A stretch of DNA of 64,000 bases from Kiritimatiellia bacterium (GCA_018401235.1 JAGYLC010000001.1:7601-71600); one strand, 5' to 3'; counted from the first letter of the stretch, positions 10,127 through 19,981 are shown. Numbers and translations: made by a program. Notes: generated by a model not told the origin, from the letters alone.

Positions 10127-10939
10127 ATGGATGTGATGAAGGTCATTCATCCTACACTCGATTCTCTTCCGGATATTCGGATCATTCAACACGAAGTTCA
10201 GACAAAATACAGCTATTTTTGGGATAATGCCCGGCGTCAACCCGAGAAAGCGTTGGTGGTGCAACAAACGTTGTCGGGGTCCGCATTTTATAAGGATCGT
10301 ACAGGCAGACAGTTTGTAAAGCCGGGGCAGGCCATGCTGTTCGGGTACGCGGAGGACAGTTGCTATGGGCTGGACGAAAGCTGCGGTCTTCCGTACGAAC
10401 TGCGCTGGATGACACTGGTGGGTCCGCAGGGATTGCTGGATTTGGCTTCCGAAATCCGCCGTGAATTCGGGAGTGTGGTGCAGATGCGAATGGATGGGGA
10501 GGCGAGTCTGCTGTTGAGCCGATTGCATGCGGATTTTATCACCGGAAATCCCCCTAACCGATTTTATCTGGCGGAGTGCGCCTATCGTCTCCTGATTTCC
10601 ATTTACCGTGAACAGGTAGAGGACACCCGCGGGAACGACCCGATTTCCTATGGACGCCATCTGCTGGAAAGCCAGTTCCGGTCACCCTTTAATCTAAAAG
10701 AATGGGCGGATAAAATCGGCATCAGCCGCGAACATTTCACCCGGGAATTCCATTCGCGATACGGAGAAACTCCGGCGGCCTACTTGCGTCGTCTACGTTT
10801 AGAACACGCGCAGATCCTGCTCAAGAACCAGACCTTGAATTTGGAAGACGTTGCCTCGGCCAGTGGATTCGCCTCCGCCCAGACCTTTCATCGGGCCTAC
10901 AAAACCCACTTCGGAGTTCCCGCCGGGCGGCAGCGGTAA
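10127..10939 (+). CDS. AraC-family regulator
   Basis: C-terminal double HTH (ISREHFTREF...SGFASAQTFHRAYK), divergent from GH4. Confidence 0.9.
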   Translation: MDVMKVIHPTLDSLPDIRIIQHEVQTKYSYFWDNARRQPEKALVVQQTLSGSAFYKDRTGRQFVKPGQAMLFGYAEDSCYGLDESCGLPYELRWMTLVGPQGLLDLASEIRREFGSVVQMRMDGEASLLLSRLHADFITGNPPNRFYLAECAYRLLISIYREQVEDTRGNDPISYGRHLLESQFRSPFNLKEWADKIGISREHFTREFHSRYGETPAAYLRRLRLEHAQILLKNQTLNLEDVASASGFASAQTFHRAYKTHFGVPAGRQR

Positions 10940-11077
10940 GATTTCTTGCATTATGTCGCGTAGCGACAATCCGACGCGTAGCCGTGGATTTCAATCCTGA
11001 CGAGTATATACATTTTGCTGAGCCATTTCGAGCGTAGGTCCGCACAGATCTGATTCAAAAATTGAAGTAGAATCCGT

Positions 11078-11322
11078 TTTTTGCCGCAAAAGAGCGAAAG
11101 ATTTCAACCCCTATACCCCCGTTCTGAAACAAGGGGCAAGGGAAGGGTTTTTCTGTGTATTTATTCCTTATTACCCCGAAAGCAGTCCTAACGAACTTTT
11201 ACGTAACTAAATGAAATTATTTTTCATCAGGTGAGTATTTTTGGATAAATGAACAATTTTATCGAAGATTTTCTTAACGGGGCTTTAGGGGTACTTCCTT
11301 TTGTGACGTTTTGCGGTAAAAA
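11078..11322. repeat. Nested inverted repeats around an AT-rich core (MITE-like remnant)
   Basis: TTTTTGCCGCAAAAG / GTTTTGCGGTAAAAA and ACCCCTATACCCCCGTT / AACGGGGCTTTAGGGGT. Confidence 0.55.
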
Positions 11323-11592
11323 TGGTGTTCTCTATGCAACCTGTGCCAACCGGATAGGCTTGGAATCCGTCTCCTGCATCCCAACGGGATGCCACTTGAC
11401 AGCCAGGGGGCCCCCACTGGACATGCGTCCCCATAACCGGATCCGCCTTCGGAAGGGATGCAACTCTCCCAGTGGATGTGGGATTCGAAAGAGGAGTTCG
11501 ACCCTCCTGGACATGCGCGTCAAGCTAAGGGGTATATGCTATTACAGATGAATTACTTACATAAAATGACTTGAATGAGCGTGAGCAAAAGT

Positions 11593-11825
11593 CGGACCGT
11601 AGGTCCGCATCGATACCCAGCCCCATCCAAGGATCGAAGCGACGCCGGGTGGGGTGACCGCGACTCAACAGAAATTCACGGGCGGAAGGCCCGCGTAGAT
11701 CACCCTTGCCAATGCCGAGGTGATTTGTGCGGGCTTACAGCCCGTCCTGTCTTGCTGGCACGTTAATCTCCCCACCCCGCGTCGCTTCTTGGGTGGGGCT
11801 GGTATCTTCGCGAGCCTACGGCCCG
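11593..11825. repeat. ~230-bp imperfect palindrome built from REP-like units (REPIN/MITE-like)
   Basis: Three nested arm pairs, e.g. GATACCCAGCCCCATCCAAG..GAAGCGACGCCGGGTGGGG vs CCCCACCCCGCGTCGCTTCTTGGGTGGGGCTGGTATC. Confidence 0.75.
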
Positions 11826-12012
11826 AAATGCCTGTTGGCTGCATTTTACAATTCTTACTCCTACTCGTTCTCTTACTCGTATTCGGAACTCATGACTCGA
11901 CACACACTCGCACTCGTAATCGATTTTCTTGGCTCGATTAGGATTAGGAGTACGCCGGAAGGGTCCTGCTAACGAATGACTAATGAGGAGTGACTAATGC
12001 CCAAACCCTGCT

Positions 12013-13011
12013 TCACGCCATTTTTTCAAATGCGGCTTTGGAGACCTGATACTTCAGCGCTTCGCCGGAGATCCATCTCCGGCATTCATCCACCGCGTAT
12101 TCGCCCATGCGGCCACATTCGCCATTGATGGAGCCGGCAATGTGGGGGGTGAGGAACACGTTGGTCAAATCGTACAGGGGGGAATCCGAATCGGGCGGCT
12201 CGGGGTAGGTTACATCGAGTACCGCTGTGAGATCCGGACGTTTTCTCAGGACCTCGATCATTTCCTGTTCATTGACTACCGCGCCGCGGGCGGTGTTGAT
12301 GAAGGTGCCGCCGGGGGGAATGCGGTTCAGCAGGTCTCCGGTGATCAAATTTTCGGTTTCTTTCAGCCAGGGGGCGTGAAGGGATACGACTTGCGCCCTG
12401 GAAAAGGCATCCTTCAGAGACACCAGTTCCACGCCCAGTTCTGCCGCGGTTTCCGCTGCGCAAAAGGGGTCATATGCCAATACCTTTACATCCAGGGTTT
12501 TGAGGCGTTCCGCCACCATGCGGCCGATTTGTCCCAGGGAAATCAATGCAACCGTGTTGCCATAGGCGCCACAGGTATCGAAGTGAGCGGGTGTTTTTTT
12601 CGTGCGGGCCTTGCGCATGAGTTCAGGCATACGGAGAAACTGTTTAAGTCCCAGTATAATATGGGCAAAACTGAATTCGGCCACGGGCACCGCATTGGCC
12701 ACCCAGGAGGAGCAAATGGGGATGTTGCGTTCCCAGAACACTTCGGTGACACAGCTTTTCAGGCTGCCGGCTCCATAAAGAACCAACTCCAATTTCGGGA
12801 AATAATTCAGCGTATTTTCGTCCAGTTTGGGTGCTCCCCATCCGGTAAACAGAATCTCTACTTCGGTCAGCTTGTCGGCGAATTGGGGGATTTGGGACGG
12901 ATGAACTTTCTCCACCACGACCTCACAGATTTCATCCAGAGCGGCCCGTACGCCGGGTACATAAATTCGATCATAATTGTCGGGAGGGAGGATAATGGCG
13001 GCTTTTTTCAT
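12013..13011 (-). CDS. D-isomer-specific 2-hydroxyacid dehydrogenase
   Basis: LISLGQIG, FINTARGAVV, LDVTYPEP, TPHIAGS. Confidence 0.9.
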   Translation of the reverse strand: MKKAAIILPPDNYDRIYVPGVRAALDEICEVVVEKVHPSQIPQFADKLTEVEILFTGWGAPKLDENTLNYFPKLELVLYGAGSLKSCVTEVFWERNIPICSSWVANAVPVAEFSFAHIILGLKQFLRMPELMRKARTKKTPAHFDTCGAYGNTVALISLGQIGRMVAERLKTLDVKVLAYDPFCAAETAAELGVELVSLKDAFSRAQVVSLHAPWLKETENLITGDLLNRIPPGGTFINTARGAVVNEQEMIEVLRKRPDLTAVLDVTYPEPPDSDSPLYDLTNVFLTPHIAGSINGECGRMGEYAVDECRRWISGEALKYQVSKAAFEKMA

Positions 13012-13033
13012 GTTTTTTTCTCAATCCGCAGCT

Positions 13034-13132
13034 TACACAGAATCACACAGATAACTATCATTTTTAATGCTAAAGAAGTAAGGGTGGCGTATGGAGGTTT
13101 TGATAATCTGCGTACATCCGCGTAATCTGCGG
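13034..13132. repeat. Inverted pair of 9-mer arrays (CACAGA.. / ..ATCYGCG)
   Basis: ttacacagaatcacacagata ... aatctgcgtacatccgcgtaatctgcgg. Confidence 0.55.
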
Positions 13133-13154
13133 ATTTTTATATCGGCGTTTCTGG

Positions 13155-13982
13155 TTATAGACACTCGTCGTAGGCGGTCAGGATTTCCTGTAGAAACAAG
13201 TTGGGGTCCTTGGCCCAATGATGAGAGGAGAATATTTCCACCTCGATATCACCGGTATATCCGGCGGCGCTCATCCACTGATAAATTTGCCGAATGTCAA
13301 TGACGCCTTCCCCCATCAATCCGCGGTCCTGTAGAGGATCGGATTGTTCCACTTTCCAGTCACAGATGTGAAAGGCGTGCAGCCAGCCCGCTTTGCCGCT
13401 GAGCAGGATTTCCTGTTCGAGGGCGTCGTCGAACCAGATGTGATAGACATCCGCGGCGATGCCGACTTGGGTTTCATTTTCGCCGTTGAGCTGTTCGCAC
13501 ATGCGGCGGGCCTGGGCCATGGTGTTCACGGCGGATCGGTCCGCGGCGTAAATGGGATGCAGGGGTTCGATGGATAAATTGACGCCGCAGGCCTTCGCGT
13601 GGGGGAGAACCGCCGCGATTCCATCCTGGATTTGCGCACGGGAGGTCTGAAGTGACTGGCCGGGTACCGCTCCGCAGACCAGTACCACTGCGGGGGCACC
13701 CACGGCGGCGGCTTCGTCGATCACCCGACGATTTTCGTCGATGGCGTCCTGCCGCCCCTGTTCCGTAGCGGCCGGGAAAAAACCGCCCCGACACAGGCTG
13801 GTCACGCGAAGCCCCGCGTCCTCCACCAGTTGGCGGGCCAGATCAACGCCCACGGGTTCAATCGCTTGCCGCCACAGAGTGATGGCTGGAACCTCCGCCG
13901 CCGCCAGCGCGGCGCAGGTTTCCTGTAGCGACCATGACTTGAGGGTCATGGTGTGGATGCCGAGGCGTTGCCGATTTGTCAT
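13155..13982 (-). CDS. Sugar phosphate isomerase/epimerase (xylose isomerase-like TIM barrel)
   Basis: SLCRGGFF, IEPLHP, DVYH, HICDW, DRGLMGEG, EVEIFS. Confidence 0.85.
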   Translation of the reverse strand: MTNRQRLGIHTMTLKSWSLQETCAALAAAEVPAITLWRQAIEPVGVDLARQLVEDAGLRVTSLCRGGFFPAATEQGRQDAIDENRRVIDEAAAVGAPAVVLVCGAVPGQSLQTSRAQIQDGIAAVLPHAKACGVNLSIEPLHPIYAADRSAVNTMAQARRMCEQLNGENETQVGIAADVYHIWFDDALEQEILLSGKAGWLHAFHICDWKVEQSDPLQDRGLMGEGVIDIRQIYQWMSAAGYTGDIEVEIFSSHHWAKDPNLFLQEILTAYDECL

Positions 13983-13985
13983 CGT

Positions 13986-15152
13986 TTACAGACTCCCCAG
14001 TTCCACCCAGCGGCGTTCCTTCCAGGATTGCAGACCGGCCTCGGCGAGCTGAACGCCCTTGGCGCCTTCGCGCAGCGACCAGCGGAAGGGTTCGTCCAGG
14101 GCGACGTGTCGGAGAAAAAGCTCCCACTGAATTTTGAAAGCGTTGTCATACTCCATGGCGTCCGGAACCTCGCTCCAACCGGCGTAGAAGTCGATGGGCT
14201 GATCCACATCCGGATTCCAGACCGGTTTGGGCGTGGCGCTCACATGCTGCACTTTGCATCCCCGGAGACCGGCGACCGCAGTGCCTTTGGTGCCGTCCAC
14301 TTGTACGGTCAGCAGGTCGTCACGGCGCACCCGCACGCTCCAGGAACTGTTGAAGTGACAGATAATGCCATTTTTCAGTTCGAAGGTCGAGTAGGCACTG
14401 TCATCGGCGGTGCAGGCGTAGGGTTTGCCGTTTTCGTCCACCCGTTCCGGAATGTGAATGGCACCGGTGGAGGAGACCGCTTTCACTTCTCCGAAGAGAT
14501 TATCAATCAGGTAGCGCCAGTGACAGAGCATATCCACCATCATGCCGCCGCCGTCTTGCTTGCGGTAGTTCCAGGACGGGCGCTGTGCGGGCTGATCCGG
14601 CACGTGTCCTTCGAATACCCAGTATCCGAATTCACCGCGAACGGAGAGGATTTCGCCGAAGAAGCCTTGGTCTTTCAACATTTGGAGTTTGCGGAAGCCG
14701 GGCAACCAGAGTTTGTCTTGCACAACCCCATTTTTGAGACCAGCGTTTTCGACCAGTTCCGCCAAGCGCAGGGCTTCCTTAGTTTCCACTGCGGTGGGTT
14801 TTTCGCAGTAGATCGCTTTGCCGGCTTTCACAGCCTTTTCCACGAAGCCCGCCCGCTGCAGGGTGCCGGAGGCGTCGAAGAAAATATCGTAGGAAGGGTC
14901 GGCTAGAGCCGCGCCAATGTCCGTGGACCAGGGCAGGGTGCCGGTTTGCTCGTCGGACAGGCGGTCGGAGAGGTTTTTGAGTTTGTTTTCATTTCGTCCC
15001 GTGAGCAGCGGACGGGGCATCAGGGTGAGGTCGTCACTGATACGAACGCCTCCCTGTTTGATGATAGCGAGGATGGAACGGATCAAATGTTGATTGGTTC
15101 CCATGCGTCCGGTGACGCCGTTCATGATAATACCGATGTGTTGTGTTTCCAT
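13986..15152 (-). CDS. Gfo/Idh/MocA family oxidoreductase
   Basis: NGVTGRMG Rossmann motif, YCEKP, GGMMVDMLCH. Confidence 0.9.
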   Translation of the reverse strand: METQHIGIIMNGVTGRMGTNQHLIRSILAIIKQGGVRISDDLTLMPRPLLTGRNENKLKNLSDRLSDEQTGTLPWSTDIGAALADPSYDIFFDASGTLQRAGFVEKAVKAGKAIYCEKPTAVETKEALRLAELVENAGLKNGVVQDKLWLPGFRKLQMLKDQGFFGEILSVRGEFGYWVFEGHVPDQPAQRPSWNYRKQDGGGMMVDMLCHWRYLIDNLFGEVKAVSSTGAIHIPERVDENGKPYACTADDSAYSTFELKNGIICHFNSSWSVRVRRDDLLTVQVDGTKGTAVAGLRGCKVQHVSATPKPVWNPDVDQPIDFYAGWSEVPDAMEYDNAFKIQWELFLRHVALDEPFRWSLREGAKGVQLAEAGLQSWKERRWVELGSL

Positions 15153-15153
15153 A

Positions 15154-15188
15154 ATCGTATATCATATATGATCGTTAAGGATTGTCAA
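15154..15188 (-). promoter_or_regulatory. sigma70 promoter (probably leaderless) overlapped by a palindromic GntR-type operator
   Basis: Minus strand TTGACA-N16-TATGAT-N8-ATG; palindrome ATCGTATAT-C-ATATATGAT at 15154-15172. Confidence 0.6.
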
Positions 15189-15217
15189 CGATGAAAAAAA
15201 GAATTATGTTGTACTAC

Positions 15218-15853
15218 ATGAGCATGCCAAAAACCATCACCAAGCAACAAGCGGCGTATCAGCAGTTGCGAAGCGCGATTATGTCCGGACACTTGAAACC
15301 GGGGATGCGGTTGGTAATTGATACGATTGCGGCGGAGTATGGGATCAGCGCCATTCCGATTCGGGAGTCGCTGGGTCAACTGGAAAAAGAAGGCTTGGTG
15401 GAAATTCGGCCCCACGCCGGGGCGGTGGTCACGGATATTCCCGAGTCCGCCATCGTGGAAATTTTTGCCATGCTGGAGGTGCTGGAGACCGTGAGTTGTC
15501 GATTGGGCATTGAAAAGCTCGATGAGACCGCCTTGTCTTATTTGGAGGATCTGGTGAGTCAGATGGAAGGCTGCACCGACCCGGAAACCTGGTTGACCCT
15601 GAACCGGAGTTTTCACGAGAGTCTCCCGCAGCTGGCCGGGTTGCCCCGGCTTGTAGAGCAGATGGTGAGGGTAGGGGAAGACTGGCAGCGCTTGCGCCGC
15701 CTTCGATTTTCGGATCATCGGGGGGAGGACAAAGCCCGGGCCGACCGGCAGCATCGCGCCTTTTTAGGGGCGCTCAAAGCAAAAGACCTTTCGGGGGCCA
15801 TCGAGATCATTCAACAACACAACCGCGAAGCGCTTCAGCAGTATGTGGGGTAG
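15218..15853 (+). CDS. GntR/FadR-family regulator (FCD domain)
   Basis: wHTH GISAIPIRESLGQLEKEGLV, NRSFH and H motifs of FCD. Confidence 0.9.
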   Translation: MSMPKTITKQQAAYQQLRSAIMSGHLKPGMRLVIDTIAAEYGISAIPIRESLGQLEKEGLVEIRPHAGAVVTDIPESAIVEIFAMLEVLETVSCRLGIEKLDETALSYLEDLVSQMEGCTDPETWLTLNRSFHESLPQLAGLPRLVEQMVRVGEDWQRLRRLRFSDHRGEDKARADRQHRAFLGALKAKDLSGAIEIIQQHNREALQQYVG

Positions 15854-15885
15854 GGGGAGGTCAGAAAGGAGAGGGCAGAAAGGAG

Positions 15886-16011
15886 GCCAATGTACAGCAA
15901 TACGAAGACTGGATCGTCACGACCATTCCCGAAATGAATTCCCTCATCCTGGCCGCGTTGACGCTTTCGACTTGCCTGTTGCTGGTCTTCCGACGTTCGG
16001 AATGTAGCTGA
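15886..16011 (+). pseudogene. Orphan PEP-CTERM sorting-signal fragment
   Basis: Frame reads ...WIVTTIPEMNSLILAALTLSTCLLLVFRRSECS*; no start codon upstream of the IPE motif. Confidence 0.55.
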
Positions 16012-16075
16012 CTCTGGTTTCCGACACGGAAACGGCAATGACCATTGACCATTGACCAAAGACAAAGGATCTCAT

Positions 16076-16106
16076 AAAAAACCGCAGTGGGAAATCCACT
16101 GCGGTT
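16076..16106 (-). terminator. Terminator of hup
   Basis: ACCGCAGTGG-GAAAT-CCACTGCGGT hairpin with an A-run on + (U-run on -). Confidence 0.8.
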
Positions 16107-16150
16107 ACGCAAACAAATGGCCATCCCGGGGGATGACCTGCTAAGGTGAC

Positions 16151-16432
16151 TTAGTTGATGGCGTCTTTGGCTGCCTTGGCAATCCGGAACTTCAGCACTT
16201 TTTTGGCCGGGATACGGATGGTTTCGCCGGTGGCGGGGTTACGTCCGTCGCGGGCTTTGCGGTTCACAACCACCAGTTTTCCGAGTCCGGGGATAGTAAA
16301 GCCGAGTTTGGCTTCTTTATAGGCCATTTGAGCCAGATTTTCCAGAACTGCAGTTACGTCTTTTTTACTGAGGTCCGTATTCTCTGCCAATGTGGCAATG
16401 ATTTGGGTTTTGGTTTTGGGCTTAGCTGCCAT
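16151..16432 (-). CDS. hup: HU DNA-binding protein
   Basis: PGLGKL..RKARDGRNPATGETIRIPAKKVLKF; start at MAAKPK. Confidence 0.9.
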   Translation of the reverse strand: MAAKPKTKTQIIATLAENTDLSKKDVTAVLENLAQMAYKEAKLGFTIPGLGKLVVVNRKARDGRNPATGETIRIPAKKVLKFRIAKAAKDAIN

Positions 16433-16563
16433 AGGTCTTCTTCTCCTTGAAGGTTTATGTTTCATTCGCCACCGTCGCAGATTCATGTGAATCCGGTGGT
16501 GAGTCTATAATTGTGGAGTATTTTGCGTAAGGCAACCTAAAAAAACACTGTTTTGCAATTATT

Positions 16564-17817
16564 TTAGGGCTTTTCTAGTGTTCGCATGGCTTGAATGCGC
16601 TGGAGCACGGGTGGATGACTGTATTCCAGGAACACCATCCAGGGGTGAGGAGTGAGATTGGAGAGGTTGTCCACGGACAATTTTTTCAATCCCTGAATCA
16701 GCGGATTCGCCCCCCGGGTGGTGCGGACCGCAAATGCGTCCGCCTCGTATTCGAACTTGCGGCTGAGCACGCTGGTGAGGATTCCCAGCAACGCCGCGAT
16801 GGGGGTATACAGAAAGCTGAAGAAGATCAGACCCGCATAGATGGGCGGCGGTGATTCGCCGGGGAGACCGAAGGCCTCATACAGTCCCGGTTGCTGGATA
16901 AAGTGTTGCAACAGTCCAAACAGAAATCCGGTGCTGAGAATGCCGATCAGCAGTTGTTTGTGGATGTGTTTGCATTTGGCGTGACCCACCTCGTGCGCGA
17001 GAATGGCCACCAGTTCATCCTGTGAATGATTATCAATCAGGGTGTCGTAGAGGGCGATACGGCGGTTCTTCCCAAAGCCGGTGAAATAGGCGTTGGCGCG
17101 GGTGCTGCGTTTCGATCCGTCGATTTTGAAAAGTCCCGACAACTGAAAACCCTGCTCGTCCGCATAGGACTCCAACGCGGAGCGCAGCTCTCCGTCTTCC
17201 AGCGGCTCGAATTTATTGAACAGGGGCAGAATCACCACTGGCGCCACATACATTAGGAAAAGTTGCACCACCGTCACCACCACCCAGCAAATCCACCAGG
17301 CATTCCCACCGGCGGTGTCGAAGAAATAGATCAGGGCCGCGAATAGGGGAGCCCCGATCACCACTCCGAGCAGTAACCCCTTGATGAAATCGAGCACAAA
17401 GGTTTTGGGAGTGGTCTTGTTGAATCCGTATTTTTCCTCGATGACAAAGGTATCATAAATTTGAAACGGCAGACCCCACACGCTACTCAGCAGCATCAGC
17501 AGGCCCACAAACACCAATCCCTGCAGAATCAGATGGTCGCTCACCCCGACCGCGACGTCAAAGATCCAGCGAAATCCTCCCAACAGAATAAACGCGATCA
17601 GCACCGAGGTTTTTATCACGCCGGTCACCATGTCCACCCGGGTGTTCTCCCGCAGGTAGGCCTGACTTTTCGCATACTTCTCCGCATCATAGACCCCTTC
17701 AAACTCCGCAGGAATCTCAGGTTTCAACGCGGACAAATTCAGCCATTCGATCCACATGTGAAACAGCGTGAAACCAATGAGCAGAGACAAAACAATAACA
17801 AGGTAGGGATTATGCAT
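16564..17817 (-). CDS. M48 family Ste24-like membrane metalloprotease
   Basis: NAYFTGFG, HEVGH, EYEADAFA, YSHPP; start placed at MHNPYL. Confidence 0.9.
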   Translation of the reverse strand: MHNPYLVIVLSLLIGFTLFHMWIEWLNLSALKPEIPAEFEGVYDAEKYAKSQAYLRENTRVDMVTGVIKTSVLIAFILLGGFRWIFDVAVGVSDHLILQGLVFVGLLMLLSSVWGLPFQIYDTFVIEEKYGFNKTTPKTFVLDFIKGLLLGVVIGAPLFAALIYFFDTAGGNAWWICWVVVTVVQLFLMYVAPVVILPLFNKFEPLEDGELRSALESYADEQGFQLSGLFKIDGSKRSTRANAYFTGFGKNRRIALYDTLIDNHSQDELVAILAHEVGHAKCKHIHKQLLIGILSTGFLFGLLQHFIQQPGLYEAFGLPGESPPPIYAGLIFFSFLYTPIAALLGILTSVLSRKFEYEADAFAVRTTRGANPLIQGLKKLSVDNLSNLTPHPWMVFLEYSHPPVLQRIQAMRTLEKP

Positions 17818-17979
17818 GAGAGCTACATACGGCGAAAAACCTAGTCGGGCAAGGTTTTTGTAGGGTGCGGGCATGCTTGAGGTGCATTCCCTATTTATGT
17901 TGAACCAACTATTATCTCGGTCCTGAAAGGATCGGAGCACGTTTCGTAGATGCGGGGCCCGGGTTCCGGAGACCTCTCG

Positions 17980-18040
17980 CCCCGCCAGGCATACCCGCCA
18001 GGCATACCCGCCAGGCATACCCGTCAGGCATGCCCGTCAG
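17980..18040. repeat. 13-bp tandem repeat (CCCGYCAGGCATR), ~4.6 copies
   Basis: cccgccaggcata x3, then cccgtcaggcatg and cccgtcag. Confidence 0.85.
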
Positions 18041-18453
18041 AACGAATATTTTATTGATATGGCCGCACCCGAGGATGCGGTCGTTCCACCCTTCCCCCGG
18101 GCTGTCACCTGTTGGCCCCTTGGGGCCAAGACCTTAATTTTAAGAGTATTTTCTTAAGGACAAGGTATTGGTTAAGATTGTAAATGGGAAAATAGATAGC
18201 GAATCGACACTATATTTACACGAAGAAGGTGAAAAGGAATAATCTTTTTCATGGCTGGGGTTCAAGGCACCGTGATTGTGTCGGCCCGTCCAGCAAGCCT
18301 ATTTTCTCTCACAAAGGCACGGAGGCACAAAGAAAGAGCGGAAATGCCATCGTCTGAATTTGGGTGTTGAGTGGATGAACCTTGCGACCACACGGTACCA
18401 CCACTTACCAAACCGAAAAATTACTTTGTGCCTTTGTGAGAGAAAATAGAAAG

Positions 18454-19980
18454 CTATCCCGCCCGAACCATGCCGATGATGCGGTCGACAACTTCGTCCA
18501 GGGTGAGCTCGGTGGTGTCGACGACCCGGGCGCCTTCGGCGATTTGCAGGGGCGCGGTTTTGCGGGTGCTGTCGAGATGATCCCGTTTTCGCAGACTTTC
18601 CTGCACCACTTCCACCGAGGTGTTACTTTCGGTGGCTAAGAGTTCGTTGTTTCGTCGTCGGGCCCGCTCCTCCGGGTCCGCATCCAGATAAAACTTGTGC
18701 GGACTTTCGGGAAATACCACGCTGCCGATGTCGCGTCCTTCCACTACCAGCGGACCCAATGACCGCATGCTGCGGATTTGATCGACGATGAATCGCCGCA
18801 CTTCGGGGATGCGGGCCACATAACTGACGTTTTCCCGCACCGCTTCGCCGCGAATGGCCTCTCCGGGGTCGGTTCCGTTTATGGTAAAGGTTACGGCGCC
18901 TTCACATACCGGGAAATCCCACTTAGCGCTTTGCATTTCTTTCAGGACCTCCTCCTCCGATTCCGGATGGGCTCCCGCCTGCAACACCATCCAAGTCATT
19001 CCTCGGTACAGCGCCCCCGAATCGACGTACAATGAATTCATGCGTTTGGCGATGGAGCGGGCCACCGTGGATTTACCGGAGGCGGAGGGGCCATCGATGG
19101 CAATCACCCCGTTGGCGTGGGGCGGGAGCGGGGCATCTTTACACAAGTCGTTGCGGAGCTGAACGCCCTGCGCCAAAAATTGTTCCACCGCATCGAAGTC
19201 ATGTGTTTCCACCGCCTGCAATATCGTGGCAAGCTGATCCTGAAGTTCCTTCAATCCGTCACAAACTGCCGTGGGATTGGTTTCAATAATATCCCGCCAG
19301 AGGGTGGGAGAGCCCGAGGCGATGCGGGTGCTGTCGCGGAAACCGGGGCCGATCAGGGCTTTCAGGGGCGGAGAGGCTTCTGTGCAGGAGAGCACCAGGG
19401 CGCTGGCGGCGAGGTGGGGGACATGGCTGGTGACAGCGGCCAATTGATCGTGCTGTTTCGCCGGCATTTCCACCACCCGGGCTCCGATACAGGTCCAGAA
19501 ATGACTGACCTGCCAGGCGACATCGCGGGAGGAGGCGTCGGCGGTGACAATGCAGGTCGCACCCTGATACAAATTCGCATCCGCCACATCCAATCCGGTT
19601 TTTTCACTGCCGCACATAGGATGACTGCCCACGAAGGTGGCACCCGTGTCTTTCAAAACTTCTGAGCAGGCGCTGTTCAACCAGGCTTTGGTGCTGCCGA
19701 CATCGGTGACTACCGCGTCGTGTTTCAGTCCGGGAAGCGTCATTTGCAAAAGTTTCGGAATGGCGCAGACCGGCACGCACACGATCACCAGGTCCGCATC
19801 CGCCACCGCCTCGGCAGGATCGTCAAACACCGCATCCGCCATTCCCAGAGACAGGGCCGCGTCGCGGGTTTCCTTTCGGCGGGCATAGACCTGAATGCGC
19901 AGCGGAACATTGCGCGCCCGCAAAGCGAGTCCAATGCTGCCCCCCATCAGTCCCACACCTACTAAGGCAATCGTTTTCAT
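18454..19980 (-). CDS. Prephenate/arogenate dehydrogenase - cytidylate kinase fusion (TyrA-Cmk)
   Basis: N-half GVGLMGGS, DVGSTK, HPMCGSE, SHVPH; C-half AIDGPSASGKST, VEGRDIGSVVFP. Confidence 0.9.
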   Translation of the reverse strand: MKTIALVGVGLMGGSIGLALRARNVPLRIQVYARRKETRDAALSLGMADAVFDDPAEAVADADLVIVCVPVCAIPKLLQMTLPGLKHDAVVTDVGSTKAWLNSACSEVLKDTGATFVGSHPMCGSEKTGLDVADANLYQGATCIVTADASSRDVAWQVSHFWTCIGARVVEMPAKQHDQLAAVTSHVPHLAASALVLSCTEASPPLKALIGPGFRDSTRIASGSPTLWRDIIETNPTAVCDGLKELQDQLATILQAVETHDFDAVEQFLAQGVQLRNDLCKDAPLPPHANGVIAIDGPSASGKSTVARSIAKRMNSLYVDSGALYRGMTWMVLQAGAHPESEEEVLKEMQSAKWDFPVCEGAVTFTINGTDPGEAIRGEAVRENVSYVARIPEVRRFIVDQIRSMRSLGPLVVEGRDIGSVVFPESPHKFYLDADPEERARRRNNELLATESNTSVEVVQESLRKRDHLDSTRKTAPLQIAEGARVVDTTELTLDEVVDRIIGMVRAG

Positions 19981-19981
19981 A

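Noticed and set aside
11340-11530. Riboswitch
   Set aside because: Lies between convergent 3' ends, shows no recognisable aptamer core, and resembles REP hairpins
17980-18040. CRISPR array
   Set aside because: Repeats are 13 bp and contiguous, with no spacers and no cas genes
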